64,000 bases of DNA, from contig RSEE01000059.1 in the NCBI GenBank assembly GCA_003971905.1, positions 310,001 to 374,000 on the forward strand, written 5' to 3'. Of this stretch, positions 38,575-52,153 are shown piece after piece. Position numbers and translations under genes: made by a program. Every line of letters begins with the position of its first letter. Position 1 is the first letter of the stretch. Source of the stretch: Moniliella sp. 'wahieum'. Lineage: Eukaryota. Below the pieces are notes generated by a model, which did not search any database, had not been told where the DNA came from, and worked only from the letters and a program-made list of their open reading frames with translations.

Positions 38575-39883
38575 TTGGGCAATGCATTCTCTTGCCCTTG
38601 GAGCCAAAAAGGTGTGGGGGGAAGAGATAGAGATAGGTCCGCCCCCCCAGGAGACCGATTCAAAGGCCCATCTCGTCCAGAAGAGGGTTAGGATGGCCTG
38701 TTGGCCACTCCGGCTTGTGGGCAGCTCCCACGAGGCTCTCTGTTCAGGCGAACATTGCAACGTCCAACGCGTGAGAAGAGAGGAGACGATGTCGATGATG
38801 GCTGTATTCTGAGTGAGGCCTGAGGCTCCGGAGCCCGTAAGAGGCAGAACATAGGATTGCTGAGCCTCAGCAGGCTCGGCAGGCACATGCGTGATGGATG
38901 ATGGATGATCGGTGATGGTGCTGACAACATAGGCGTAGCATCGGCGCGTTGGGAATCAAGCTTCAAGCTTCAAGCTCCAAGGGTGCCCCACCAGTGTGCT
39001 GTACCTGCTGAGGATGGACATGGAATCCGATGCCGTCATCGTCGAGGGCCAGGGCAAGGCTGAGCTGCTCAGGCTGAGCGCCGGCGGCGCTGAGGCTGGG
39101 AGGCAAGTGTGGAGAGATGAGGCGTGTGGCTTGTTTGATTGTGTTGTTGGCGTATCACGCGTCACGCCTCACGTGATGGGTGGTGCGCGAGTAACTGAAT
39201 TAGAAGCCTAAGGCCCAAAGCTCAAGCTAGCACGAGGACCAATGTGGAGTCGGCAGTGGCGCCGAGCCGGGGCCTTAGGCTTGCTCTGGGGAAGGGTGCG
39301 CCCATCTTGGCATGCCACTGGACCACCGTCGCACGCCTGGGAATCGGTCTCCTATTCTCTGTTTCTGGCACGCCGTCCGAATCACAGGAGCTGGGGACAA
39401 CGTGGTGGCCGTGGCCAACGTGGTCAGCGTGGTCAGCGTCGACGGGGCGCTTTGCGTTGCGGGTGGCTAGTTCCTCGGCGGGTGCTGCCGTGCTGTGTTT
39501 GGGGAGACGAGAGCAGCACAAGCGAAGGCGCACAAGCGCACAAGCGCACAAGCGAGCGAGGGGCTGGGAGCAGACCGCAGTGCCTGGGCGGCTGTGCACT
39601 AGGGTTGCGTGCTGCCCCAGGGCGGGGCAGAGCGGCGCCGTGCTGGGCCGGTCGCGCTGGGCCAAGTGGGGCAAATGGAGCGGCTGGGGCAGCGCACCGC
39701 AGAGCAGCCCGCCAGGCACTGCACCGCGCACCCACACCCTGACGTCACACGCCCTCGGAGTCTCCGCACTCGAGCCGCCAGAACAAACACACATCACCCT
39801 CGCCCTCCCCCGCATTCCACCGCCACCACCACCAGCACCACTTCCACCCGCATCCTCACTAGCATCCGCGTCCGCATCCTCAT

Positions 39884-39960
39884 ACACTCATCCTCATCCT
39901 CATCCTCATTCTCACCGCCATCCTCATCCTCATTCTCACCGTCATCCTCATCCTCAGCCT
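39884..39960. repeat. (CATCCT)n-type compound microsatellite in the RAM2 leader
   Basis: tcatcctcatcctcatcctcattctcacc repeated just upstream of the ATG at 40004. Confidence 0.8.
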
Positions 39961-40003
39961 CACCCCCCCATTTCATCCCCACCCTCCCCCGCCTTGCTCG
40001 GCC

Positions 40004-41269
40004 ATGGCAACCCCCGCCTTTGACCCTTCCAGCCCTTTATGGGCCGACATATGCCCCACCCCACAGATGGAGGCCAACGAGCCGCTCTGTCCCATCCTTT
40101 ATGAACCCCATTTCGCCCACGCCATGGACCTCTTTCGCACCCTGTCGCGCCAAGGCGAGTTGAGTCTGCGCGCACTGGGCCTCACCAGCTACCTGGCCCA
40201 GATTGCCAGCAGCAACTACACCGTCTGGGCCTACCGCTTCCAGCTCTTGTGCGCCGACCTCTCTCCCGCGCCCAAGGAGACGTGCAGCGACCCCTTCCTT
40301 CCGCCCCTACTCAGCGTCGATGCCCGCTTGGCCGCCGAGATTGCCATGCTGGACGAAAGGTGTCGCGTGCACATGAAGCAGTAGCAGTACCAGGTCTGGC
40401 AGCATCGAAAGAACGTGGTCATGGAGCTTTCCCGCCGACTCGCCGCCAGTCTCCCGAAAGACAGCCCCACCGCCCTCCCGCTCTGGTCCCAGCTTGCCGA
40501 GACCGAACTGGAGCTTACCGCCTCGGTCCTGGCGATGGACGGGAAAAACTACCATACCTGGATCCATCGCGAATGGGCCCTGGTGTACTTTGCCGGCAAT
40601 CCAGCTGGCAAAGAGGACCCGAGCTCCACCGAAGTGGGCTGGCTCCAAGCCCTGCTTTCGCCCTCGATCTGGAACAACGAGGTGAGTTTTACGGATGGGA
40701 TGATTGTCGGCGACCTGTTCAACAACAGTGCCTGGAATCACCGGTATTTTGTTCAGTTTGGCGCCGGCCTTGTCCATACCACCCCCGATCCCCTGGCGAG
40801 CATATGTGGAGAAATCACCTATACCAAGAACAAGATTGCTGTAACGAACAACAACCCTTCCGCCTGGGCGTACCTGCGGGGAGCGTATGCGCAGCTGGAG
40901 AACGAAACGAGCAGGATACTTGCGCTGGGCGATCCGGAACGGGTGGCACATGCCACGGCCAAGGGCCGCCTTTCGCCTCAGGTGCGGGACCAACTGGACT
41001 TGTTTGCAACGAGCCTCAGTCCTTCGGAGGAAGACCTGGCAGCGTCGCCGGATGCAGATACCGGGGTGAACAGTACGCCGCACGCGCTGGAATGGAGACT
41101 GGACAGTCTCGAAGCTCGCTTGCAGGACACGACTCTCTCCCCCGAAGAAGCGGACGAGCACCGTGCGCGTGCCTTGCGCCTGCTCGCCCGTTTGGTCAAT
41201 GCCGATCCGATGCGCACACGCTACTGGCTGGACAAGCGCAAGCTGTTTGGCAGCGTGGGGAGAAACTGA
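40004..41269 (+). CDS. RAM2: Protein farnesyltransferase/geranylgeranyltransferase-I alpha subunit, with an in-frame TAG at 40382-40384
   Basis: WADICPTPQ.E...PLCPILY...AMDLFR, ELSLRALGLT and PPTA repeats SNYTVWAYR, YQVWQHR, KNYHTWIHR, FNNSAWNHR, NNPSAWAYLRG. C-terminal DPMRTRYW. Both ORF halves are in the same frame. Confidence 0.93.
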
Positions 41270-41624
41270 GGGACCGTGCCGGTCACCGGTCCTCTTTCTC
41301 CCCTAACCCTCGCCGCGCTTGGATCCCAGCATCCCATGTGTGTCCCCATATAGATATTACTGTCCGATACCTAACTTGATCGCATTCCTCATTCTATGGG
41401 TGGGATGCTGTATAGTGCAAAGGAGAACGAGGTCGAGGTCGGACCAGGGCCTCTTACCGTCCGATCCTCTCCGGAGGGGTAGCCTACGTGACACGGACAG
41501 CAGTAAACGTTAAACAATCCGGCTCGCTAACTTCACGAACAAGTGGCTTGTTGATACCGTGTGTGTGAAACGTCGAGCAGCCCGTCGTGACGCGTCAGCA
41601 CAGCCAGTGGCGTTCATCGTTAGG

Positions 41625-41645
41625 ACTAGTACTTTTAGTACTAGT
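41625..41645. repeat. Perfect inverted repeat ACTAGTACT-TTT-AGTACTAGT between the convergent RAM2 and PUT2 3' ends
   Basis: 9-bp arms with a 3-nt spacer, read directly. Confidence 0.7.
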
Positions 41646-42008
41646 AACTAGTAATAGCTGAAAGAGTCCCCGGCACCTATAGGCACAAGTGGGTATCAAC
41701 TGCATTAACTGATATCAAGCCATCGTAGATGTATCAGGCAATCAGCCCTACCAGGTACGTATCACAAGTCGCAGGCCTCAAGACCTCATCGACATCCAAG
41801 CAGCAAACGTCACAGTATCAATGGCACCGATTATTGGAAACGTCCAAATCCGACCGCCACTCTGCAGTTTGCTTTTCATGTTACACTTCAACCTCACATA
41901 GATGATGGAACAGATATGATATGATTCTAGCATACAAGGACGGCGAGGTGGGGGGTAAAAGGGGTTCCTAGGCGGGGGGGGGGAGGGGGAGGGGAGGGAA
42001 CCTTTTGC

Positions 42009-43713
<1,705 letters not shown>

Positions 43714-43802
43714 GGCAGCGAACAAGTCGTGTGGCTGGAGGGGGGAGGGGGGGAGGGTACGGTTGGATGGACGGAGCAGGGCTGGGCGAGGGAATCGAGG
43801 GG

Positions 43803-43809
43803 TTTTATA
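43803..43809 (-). promoter_or_regulatory. TATA box (TATAAAA) of PUT2
   Basis: TTTTATA on the + strand, about 90 bp upstream of the ATG. Confidence 0.5.
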
Positions 43810-44407
43810 CCAGCCTGGCCTGGCAGCTGAACCAGGCTGAACCTGCCGGAATGCCGACGAGGATGGGATTGGTGATTGGCCAGGTGGATAACCCAGATAA
43901 ATTCGAAGTAATCTGCCGCCCCCCGCACCCGGCCACTCTGGCCGCCCGCTGGTATGCCCGTGCGCACCCGCCTGGAACGGGTGTACGTAATTATCCGACA
44001 CTGCCCCTCTGCCCCGGCTCGCCCCCGCCCCGAATGATAATTGCCGCCACGCCCAGCCGGCTCTTTACCTGCGGCTGGCTCTGGACGTTTCCCACGTTTA
44101 CCCCACGCCACATTTGCCGCTTTCTTCCGGGCGCTCTGGATTTGAGTTGGATTGGCTGTCACATGTCGCTAGCACAAGACACTCTCGGACGGGTGTCTGC
44201 TTGTCGGGGCCTGCAAAAAGCGCTCTCCAGAATCGCATTTTTCCGCGTGAGACCCATGCGTCAACACTGCTGTGGTATCGTGCACATCATATGTATCCAA
44301 ATACACCCTACAGGCCTTCTAACTCAAAAGCACCCAGCTCAACAGAATGGAGAATGACAGAGACACTGATCGTTCCAAAGGAAAGGGGGAGGAGTGGAAC
44401 GTGCAGT

Positions 44408-45595
44408 TCAAGCCAGGTAGTTGTAGGTAGACATATTGCCAAAGCCAAAGTCAGGGGAGCCACCCAAGGTCCCAAAGACGTCGCCCACATAGTTTTTGGC
44501 CGAGAAAGTGTTGTTCTCATAAAGAGTGTCCCACTGCTGGACCACGTCGTTGATAAAAGGCCAGCCACCATGGTACAGATCTGTACCGAGAGCGGGAATG
44601 CGTCGCCCATGGACGAGTTGGTAAAGTACGTGACGGCATCCATCGAGGGAGGCGCCGGTCAAAGTCGGAAACGCTCCGCATGACCACGAGTCGCTCATAG
44701 TCCAACAGACCATACTTGGAGGCCCGCATCAAGGCGGAAGCCACGGCAGTGTCCTCCTGAGCGGTAGTGCAGTACTCTGCTGTACCGTTTGTCCAGGTTT
44801 TCATGACGTTAGAAAACGCATCGTCAAGGTAAGCCCCCGTATAGTATTGGTCGCTTGTGGCCACATCACACTTCACTACCGAAGGAGGTTGGTTGGCTGG
44901 CGCATAAGGGTACAGTTTGCGGAACTCCTGGGGTGTTTTGGCATCGGCTAGGGTAGCCTTGGAACCCAACTGATACGCCCTCTCCTGGAGGGCGCGATTG
45001 AACTCAAACACTTCCGTTCCGTAAAACGTGCCCGGATACTCGCCAGGCTCTTTGGCATTGTAGGCCAAGTAGCCGGTGGTCCAGTTGCGACTCGCAACGT
45101 CCCGGTAGTCAAACTCTTGTTGCATGCCCACACTGACTGCGTAACGGGAAAAAGCAACCGAGCCGAGAGTGGTATGGTGGGGGTTTGCCCCCGCAATCCC
45201 CGCAACGAGGAAATACGTTTCTTGAGATCAAAATGAGGGCTAACGGATAAGGCGGTGACCGTCGAAGCTGCATTGATCTCGCCCTCGCCCGTGACAACAT
45301 TGCAGATCGAATAGTCCTCGACGCAAAACACGTGCGGGAAGAGGGGGGAAAGACCTGGAACGGTAACGTTGTGGGTGAAGTTGAGGTGCTCGTGCCACAC
45401 TTCCATTTCTGGTTGAAAGAGGGAAATAATGATGGCCTTGGGGTCATGCGCATTGCTAAACTTGTCAACCCTGACCTCCTCAGATTGCGGGTGGACGGGG
45501 TGGGGACGGAAAGCTCCGCGGCGGCTGCGTTTGGGGTTCGCACTGTGGACAGCGGCTGCAGCAGCCAAGAGAGTCACGAGAATAGAGAGCCTCAT
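44408..45595 (-). CDS. NUP (purine nucleoside permease) family secreted protein
   Basis: Signal peptide MRLSILVTLLAAAAAVHS. IIISLFQPE..VW, VPGLSPLFP.V.C, TGEGEINAA, FDL.KTYFLVAGIAG, YCTTAQEDTA, RLVVMRSVSDFDR and NYVGDVFGTLGGSPDFG. Confidence 0.9.
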
Positions 45596-46675
45596 GGTTC
45601 GTGGAGGATAGGAGAAACGACGGTCGTGCAGGTGAAAAAGGCGGTGGGGTGTGGATGGGAAGAGACTATTCGGTTTGCCGCTGGGGACCGTTTGTATATA
45701 CGAGAAGTGGAACTGAAGAGGGATAGATCGAGAGTTCTGCGGGAAGGTGAGAAAGTGTGGGAGGCCAGAGCGGGGGGCTCTAAAACAGAGCCACATGGTC
45801 CGGAGCAGTAGCCGGGTTGCCCTTGCATAGTAAGTAACTTTGGCGCTCGGTAGTAAAACAGATCTACAGAAGGAACGACGCCACCGGCAGTGTGGGGAAC
45901 AGGGGGGGCAGGGGGGTTGGGTGGGCCAGCGGGTTAGCGGCCAATACGCAAAGTACTCAATGGATGGGGATGGGTGATGCAAATCATGTGTGGCGTGTGG
46001 GTGGAGCTGTCTGCGAGCGACTGTCGCGGCAAGCGGCTTCTCTATTTGGCCGACTGGACGGAGATGTGGTGGCTTGTGGTGCCGCCTGGTACTGCAGTCC
46101 AGTCCCGGTGGGCTGTGGGTGCGGTGATTGATGATATGTGTGCGGCGGGAGACGCACCAGACCAGTGTATGGGGCAACAACAAACGCGCCGCCGCCGTGT
46201 GTGGTGTCTGTTTGCTCTTTGGTGGGCCCGGAGTGCTCCTATGCCCCCTTTTGTGCCCCATGCAGCCCAAACCCACGGTACCAACGTCAACAGGCGCAGC
46301 TACCGCAACGTCCCACCGGAGAAACCATTCCTTCAACAACTCCAACCTCGAATAGCTTGAGTACACCCACCAGTACTTAGAGTATACCTTTTCCACTCAA
46401 TGCTTATTTTAGTTTTTAACTCAACAAGCTTCAACGTTCAAGATACGTTCGAGTTCCAATGCCTGAAGTAGCCCTGCCCAGGCTCTGAGAGAAGATCGAT
46501 GAACCATCATCGATCATCATGGTCGGTAGCTAGTACATTTGTGGTAAAAGCAGTTGATATGGTGAAGAATACCCACCAGTGGCAAGGGACGAGCTGTACC
46601 AACAAAACGAAAAGAGATGATGCAAGTACTCAGATCTCAGATGGTGTGGGGGTCGGATCAAGACCAACCGTGAGC

Positions 46676-47287
46676 TCAGTACGCTGCTGTGAACATGTCT
46701 TTAATAGCAAGGTTCTTGTCAATCGCATCGGCCATAGCGATGGCTGCGTCCGACATGGAGATGGCGGATTTGCCTCGGCATCCTTGATAAGAGTGTCATG
46801 GCCCAAGCGGAAGGAACCGGTGCGAGGACCAGGCGCGAAGGACCCAGGCGGGGCAAAGTAAGTCCAATCCACATCCTTCACTTCCTTCAACGCCAAGAGA
46901 ATGTCAACGCCCTTTTGGGCATAGGGCTTGAAAGCAGGGTCGAAAGTGGGTTGGTCAATCAACCGCTGTCCAGGTGCCACATACAGGGAAGCGGCGCCTC
47001 CGATGACCAGAACGCGCTTGACATGCGCCCGCGGGCCGCATCTAACACGGAAGCAATGGGGATATCAAAACGCAACGCACTCACCAACGCTGTCGAGCCC
47101 TGAATCAAGCCCTGCACTGTCCTGGGATCCGAGGCATCGCCCGCCACGGGCTTGACGTTGGCCACGGTAGGAATGCGCGCTCGGTGGTTTGAGCAATTGC
47201 GATGACCTTGTGTCCTCGGGAAGCAAATTCCTTGACCAACTCACCCCCAGCCCGGCCAGAGGCACCCAGAATGGCAACCGTTGACAT
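46676..47287 (-). CDS. NAD(P)H-binding atypical SDR (YwnB / flavin-biliverdin IXbeta reductase-like), bacterial-type
   Basis: Joined reading: MSTVAILGASGRAGGELVKEFASRGHKVIAIA...VKRVLVIGGAASLYVAPGQRLIDQPTF...DVDWTYFAPPGSFAPGPRTGSFRLGHDTLIKDAEGKSAISMSDAAIAMADAI....FTAAY*, about 200 aa with no CDS intron. Confidence 0.88.
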
Positions 47288-47890
47288 GCTACACAGACGC
47301 AAAAGCGTGGGGGCGGCGGAAGCGGGGGAGGGATAGTCCAAAAAGTTGGCAGTGTATCCATACAATCGCAGCAATGCACGCGACTAAACGAGGGGAAACA
47401 TACTTCGTAGAGGAGTACAATAAGAGCGAAGACGGGATGTAAGCTGAGTGCGGAGGAGGAGGTCGTGGGCATGGCTGGGTGGCAAAAGAAGCCAAAAGGC
47501 GGACGGCTCTATAATCCTGGCACAATTAATTGCAACCGGCGAGCCAACAAGGCACGGCTCGCACTGGCCCACCACATTCATCACTCAATAGACAGAGGGT
47601 GTGGCACCCGGACACTTGCAGTGGGGGGAACGGGACGGAACCGCGGGCACCAGATCGATCACAGCCCTAACACACTTTGGACCAGCACATCCTGCTGCGC
47701 CTTACTAAAAACACATCACATTGCCCATCACCTGTCGACCACATCTGTCTGTCCCCCCCGCACGCCACAACAACCGATCATCCTGATCCGTAGTGGCCCG
47801 GCAATTGGAGATTGGGCAAGGCTGTGGTATACGCTTTGCGAACAAGAGGCCAGTGGTTACGAGATCTCAGACGCAATACGACGGACGTGC

Positions 47891-47900
47891 GTCACGTGAC
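47891..47900. promoter_or_regulatory. Palindromic GTCACGTGAC (Cbf1-type RTCACGTG E-box) upstream of NDUFA8
   Basis: Perfect 10-bp palindrome about 80 bp before the candidate ATG at 47983. Confidence 0.5.
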
Positions 47901-47982
47901 CAGACTCTATTTCAACTTGGCCCCATGCAGGATGATCGATGATCGATTACAAATAACAGGCTTAGGTCAGCCGGGGGAGGCC

Positions 47983-48580
47983 ATGGCAGATGGGAGGCCC
48001 AGGCGCAAAGGGCCAAGCCGGCGTCCAGGAGCTGGACCACCATCTCTTCCCAGCATGTCCACCGTCAAGGAGGTCGGCACGACCAGTGCGCCGCTCAAGA
48101 GCGCGTCCTTCTTCCTCGGTTCTTTTGCAAGAAGTATAATGACGACTTCATGCTGTGCAGCACGAGAATGGCCGTGACCCGCACTATGCCTCAAAGAGGG
48201 CCGCCGGGTCACGCGCTGCACACAAGACTTGTCCGTTGCCTCGCTCCACTTTGGGTTGGCTGTGTACTGACCCTCCCTCTTCCCCCGCAGCATCCGCCAG
48301 CTGAACAAGGCGTGCAAGGCCCAATGGGAGACCCATTACGAGTGCCTCGAAATGGCGACCACTACTTCTGGAAGTGCCGGGCCGAGGAGAGGCCGTTCAA
48401 CAAGTGTGTGTACGACAACTTTGTACGTCCCCAACCCCCATGTGCTCAACGAGAGGGAATGATGCTGACCTCAGCACACCTCCGAGTAGAAGCTGAAGAA
48501 GGTGCTACCCGATACTCCGGAAGGGGTCACGCCCGTGCATGAGCTGGAGAACCCGATCTACCGCCCGTTTCTCGTCGTAA
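47983..48580 (+). CDS. NDUFA8: NADH:ubiquinone oxidoreductase 20.8 kDa subunit (CX9C protein)
   Basis: VKEVGTTSAPLKSASFFLGSFC..YNDDFMLC...HCLKEGRRVTRCTQDL, ACKAQWETHYECL, WKCRAEERPFNKCV and LKKVLPDTPEGVTPVHE. Introns at ~48231..48290 and ~48423..48490. Confidence 0.92.
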
Positions 48581-49662
48581 GCATATATCCTATGCCCCTC
48601 CTATGGCCCAAGACTATGGCCCAAGATACCGGTCTTATAGGATGTGCAATGCGCCTCGGATACTGTGGGATGGGGATGATCGATGAAACTCGGAGCAGGG
48701 ACTGGTTCGGTCGGCTAGGGAAGGTCAGAGCGCAGGTCGTCGGTTCATCCTTCCCCATCGGGTATTGCCTCACCACCACTGCATGATAGGCGCACACGTT
48801 CATGCTAATTTGGGACCAAGTGACCTTCACCGTCGGTTACTGCAATGGTGACATGCGTTTGTGGCCAGAGGGCGCGTGCTGGGAATGACCGTAAGTGGGG
48901 ACGTGCTTTGGCTTCTGTAACTAGCGAGTCAGACGCCAACACGAGACAGAGACCTGTTGGTTCGGTTGAGGACTTGTGGGGAGAATTGAAGGCGCGGCGA
49001 TATGCCAGTTGCCACCAATAGAATCGGCGTTTAAGCCGCGCGGGCTCATTGCATAACGCCTCAACTATTCACCACAGGTGTTGTGGTCAGATATTAGATG
49101 AGAGATGGGTGCACCTCCCCGTGCGAATTTACTTCACCCTCCTCAGCAGTGGGGGCGTATCGATCACTTGCCCAATGGTGCCCGCCTAGGCACATCAGGG
49201 AAGAGACCGAGGCCCTGGATGAGTGTACATGACTGTGTGGCCGAAGCAGTACCTCATTTTTCGACAAAATCTGTAGTAGGGCAGCCAGGTTCCAAAATCT
49301 AGTAGGGGCAGTCAGGTCAACACGAAGTCAAGGCTCTAGACTTTTTAGGGGGGTAAGACACCTTTCTTCTTGGCCTTGTTGGTCTATTGCGTACTGCGCC
49401 AATTACTCCTTCTGATGTCGAAGTCCCACCCTCAAAGTCATTTGCCGGTCTGAGTGAATAGATATGCCCTGTCGCGCCCCCCAGCACATGGTGCGTTGCG
49501 TAGCCATCGCTCTCTCCATCCTATCGCTTTCAGACTTTGTCACTACATTCAATGAAGGCAACGTCTCACTGCACGACCGCCAAGCACCGTTGTCTGCACT
49601 GTAGCTTATGGGGCGAAGCGGGTCAGATGTATAAGGATGCATGGTGTGAACCAAAATACCAC

Positions 49663-50256
49663 TTAGTTCTTGCCTTCGCGCATGGCAAGGAGGGCCTGGT
49701 GACCGCTGTTCAACAGCAAGCTTGGGGTCGGGCATCTTGAGTGCCTTGAGCAGCGTGGTCGGATTGAACCTTGGGGGGGATCGTGTATTGCCGAGGAGGT
49801 TGGCCTCATACGGGTGTGCATCGCCGCGGTAGAGCTTAAGACGAGTAAGGCGTTCGTACCGGAACGAATTTTTGGGCAGCATACCCGACACAGCTTGACG
49901 AATGATCTGTCCATGCCAATGGTTAGGTGGGTTCTTACACAGGAGGGAAACGTACCCGTTTGGGTGATCCAAGCGCAACTGGTGGAATGTGTGCACACGC
50001 AGCGAACCGGGTCTGGTAGTGCTCTTGTAGTAGAGCTTCTTGAACTCCTTCTTGCCTGTTACAAGCACGTCCTCAATGTTGGTGACAATGACGATGTCGC
50101 CGGCGCGGTCAGAGCCGCGTCGTAGAAAGGCTTGTGCTTGCCCATCAGCACACGAGCCACGGACTCGGCCAAGCGACCGAGGGTGCGGTCGCGCGCGGAG
50201 ACATGGTGCCAAATCCGCGTGTAGAGCAGATCGCGTGCGCCGTTGACCTGCGACAT
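49663..50256 (-). CDS. MRPL13: Mitochondrial ribosomal protein uL13m (yeast Mrpl23)
   Basis: RIWHHVSARDRTLGRLA..VARVLMGKHKPFYD, GDIVIVTN...V.VTGKK...KLYY..T.RPGSL and IIRQAVSGMLPKN..RYERL.RLKLY....HPY. Intron at ~49908..49958. Confidence 0.92.
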
Positions 50257-50462
50257 GGCGAGATGGTGGTCGTGGCGCCTTCTGGCGTCTGGCCCAGCGG
50301 GAAGAAGCGGCGGCAGAGCAGCTTCTTACCCGTTCCGCCCGGCCTGCAATTTCATATCCTGGCGCATTCCGCCCGGCGGCCGATTAGTAAAGCAGCGGCG
50401 GCGGCGGTCGCCCGCAGGCCGCCCGCCCTCCCCGCCTCCATCTGCCCACGGCCTGGTCGACG

Positions 50463-50934
50463 ATGAGCAGCGGCTTCACCTACAAGCAGGACCTGCCGCC
50501 GGCAGCGGGCTACGCCCCCATCCGGTACAAGCGCAACCTCCCCCGCCGCGGCCCAGCAGGGTGGATCGGCCTGTCGGCCGTGCTGCTCATGACTGTCGTG
50601 GCGGGCAAGTACAAGCTCGACACGCGCAAGGAGGAGCTGTACGTCTCTCCCCTGCTGTTTTCTTTCGTGCGGGTTGGCATGCTGACTCCTCCCCCCCCTG
50701 TGGCACCGAAGCGAGCTTAACCGGGAAGACCAGTGGTCGCGCATTTTGTTGGTGCCTATGCTGCAGGCCGAGGCGGACCGTGATCTGCAGCGACAGATTG
50801 AGGAGAACCGGCGTCGTGAGAGCAAGATTATGGCAGACATACCCGGTTGGGAAGTGGACAAGAATGTGTACAACGACAAGAGCTACTTCTTGTCGTCTGC
50901 GCGCCGCCGCACGCCCATCCCGCCCGTTGACTGA
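50463..50934 (+). CDS. NDUFA13: NADH:ubiquinone oxidoreductase subunit A13 (GRIM-19)
   Basis: YKQDLPPAAGYAPIRYKRNLPRRGP, a TM segment, one intron, then RELNRED.WSRILLVPMLQAEADRD...RESKIMADIPGWEV. Confidence 0.94.
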
Positions 50935-51425
50935 GCTGCTAATTGTTACCGCAGTGGGAATGCACCGAGCATGAACTTGCACTTGCCAGGACCAGGGTCA
51001 AGGTGGGCTGATCAGCTGGGATGTGGGGTGGCAGCCGCATGGCTGCCGTGCTTCCTTAGGTACTGTGGCTGGCCCTGGCTGTTATGTTGGAGACCCAATG
51101 GTAGGTTGGGCCATGTAGGAGGTAGGGTTTGATGGGTGTGCACTGAAGAAAATGCAAAGCTGGTCGCAGGGGGTGGTGGGGTGCGACTTGGAGGAGTGTA
51201 CGGGTGTACGGTGGCCTTCCTGAGTATACAACAGCAAGGCCAGCATCGCACATGAAGCTGATGAATTAGACGACGGGATGAGCTCGAAGAGTTTCGTTCA
51301 GCTGCAACGTTCAAGCTTTGAAAAAGTGAACCCGGAGCTTGCTTGGGTGGTCGCCATTACTTGCCCGATTGAATTTATTTCCCTTTCTTCTACCACCCGC
51401 AACCAAACTCGCGCTGGGCACAAAA

Positions 51426-52153
51426 ATGGCCGCACACCGCACCCTGGCCGTGACATTCGTGACGGCAATGCCAACAAGCTGCGCGAGGTGCAGCAGATCC
51501 TCGCAGCTGGCGCCGCCGCCGCCGCCGAGCCCACATCCGATGGCGCCAGTACCGTGACCCCGGGGGTGAGCTTGCGCTCGCAAGCGCTCGATGTGCCCGA
51601 AGTGCAAGGCAAGATTGAGGAGGTGGCCAGCCAAGGTCCTGTCTGCTGCCTCCCAGGTCTTCTCTACCCCCCGTGCACCTGGTGCGCCTCGGCGCGCAGT
51701 CCTGACGGAGGATACGGCGCTGTGCTTCAACGCGCTGCAGGGACTGCCGGGTCCGTACATTAAGGATTTCCTGGGGGCATTGGGCGTCGAGAAGTTGCCT
51801 CGCCTCCTGGATGGGTTTCCCGACAAGTCGGCTGAAGCGGTGTGTACGTTTGCACTGGCTATCGAGCCGCCTCAGGGGAAGGAGCAGGACGTGCTCATCT
51901 TCCAGGGCCGCACACCAGGCAAGATTGTGGACCCGCGGGGTGGTAAGAAGTTTGGTTGGGACCCGGTGATGGAGGTGGAAGGAACGGGGCAGACGTATGC
52001 CGAGATGCCCCAAGAGGAGAAGAACAAGGTACGTTCTTCTTGGATACTGAAAAGTGAAAGCGAAACTAATTCGTTCTTCAGCTCTCCCACCGCTACAAGG
52101 CCTTGGATAAACTGCGCACCTTCCTACAGGAGTATGCTGCCAAGGCGGAGTAA
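51426..52153 (+). CDS. HAM1: Inosine triphosphate pyrophosphatase (ITPase)
   Basis: VTFVT(G)[49 protein letters not shown] and [18 protein letters not shown]. Intron 52029..52082. Confidence 0.95.

Noticed and set aside
38257..39165. Minus-strand ORFs opposite or downstream of the dioxygenase, with a possible CAG|GTACAG donor at 39004
   Set aside because: No recognisable domain and no consistent exon chain. Partly antisense to a real gene.
39222..40023. Overlapping 160-260-aa ORFs with His-Pro repeats
   Set aside because: These are translations of the GC-rich promoter and the (CATCCT)n microsatellite upstream of RAM2.
41946..41998. G-tract cluster with G-quadruplex potential near the PUT2 3' end
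   Set aside because: G/C homopolymer tracts are common around gene ends throughout this window, and their lengths are unreliable in this assembly.
44948..46396. 482-aa ORF suggesting a long N-terminal extension of the NUP protein
   Set aside because: It starts at a non-ATG codon, and the true signal peptide begins at ATG 45595. The upstream part looks like chance open frame in GC-rich DNA.
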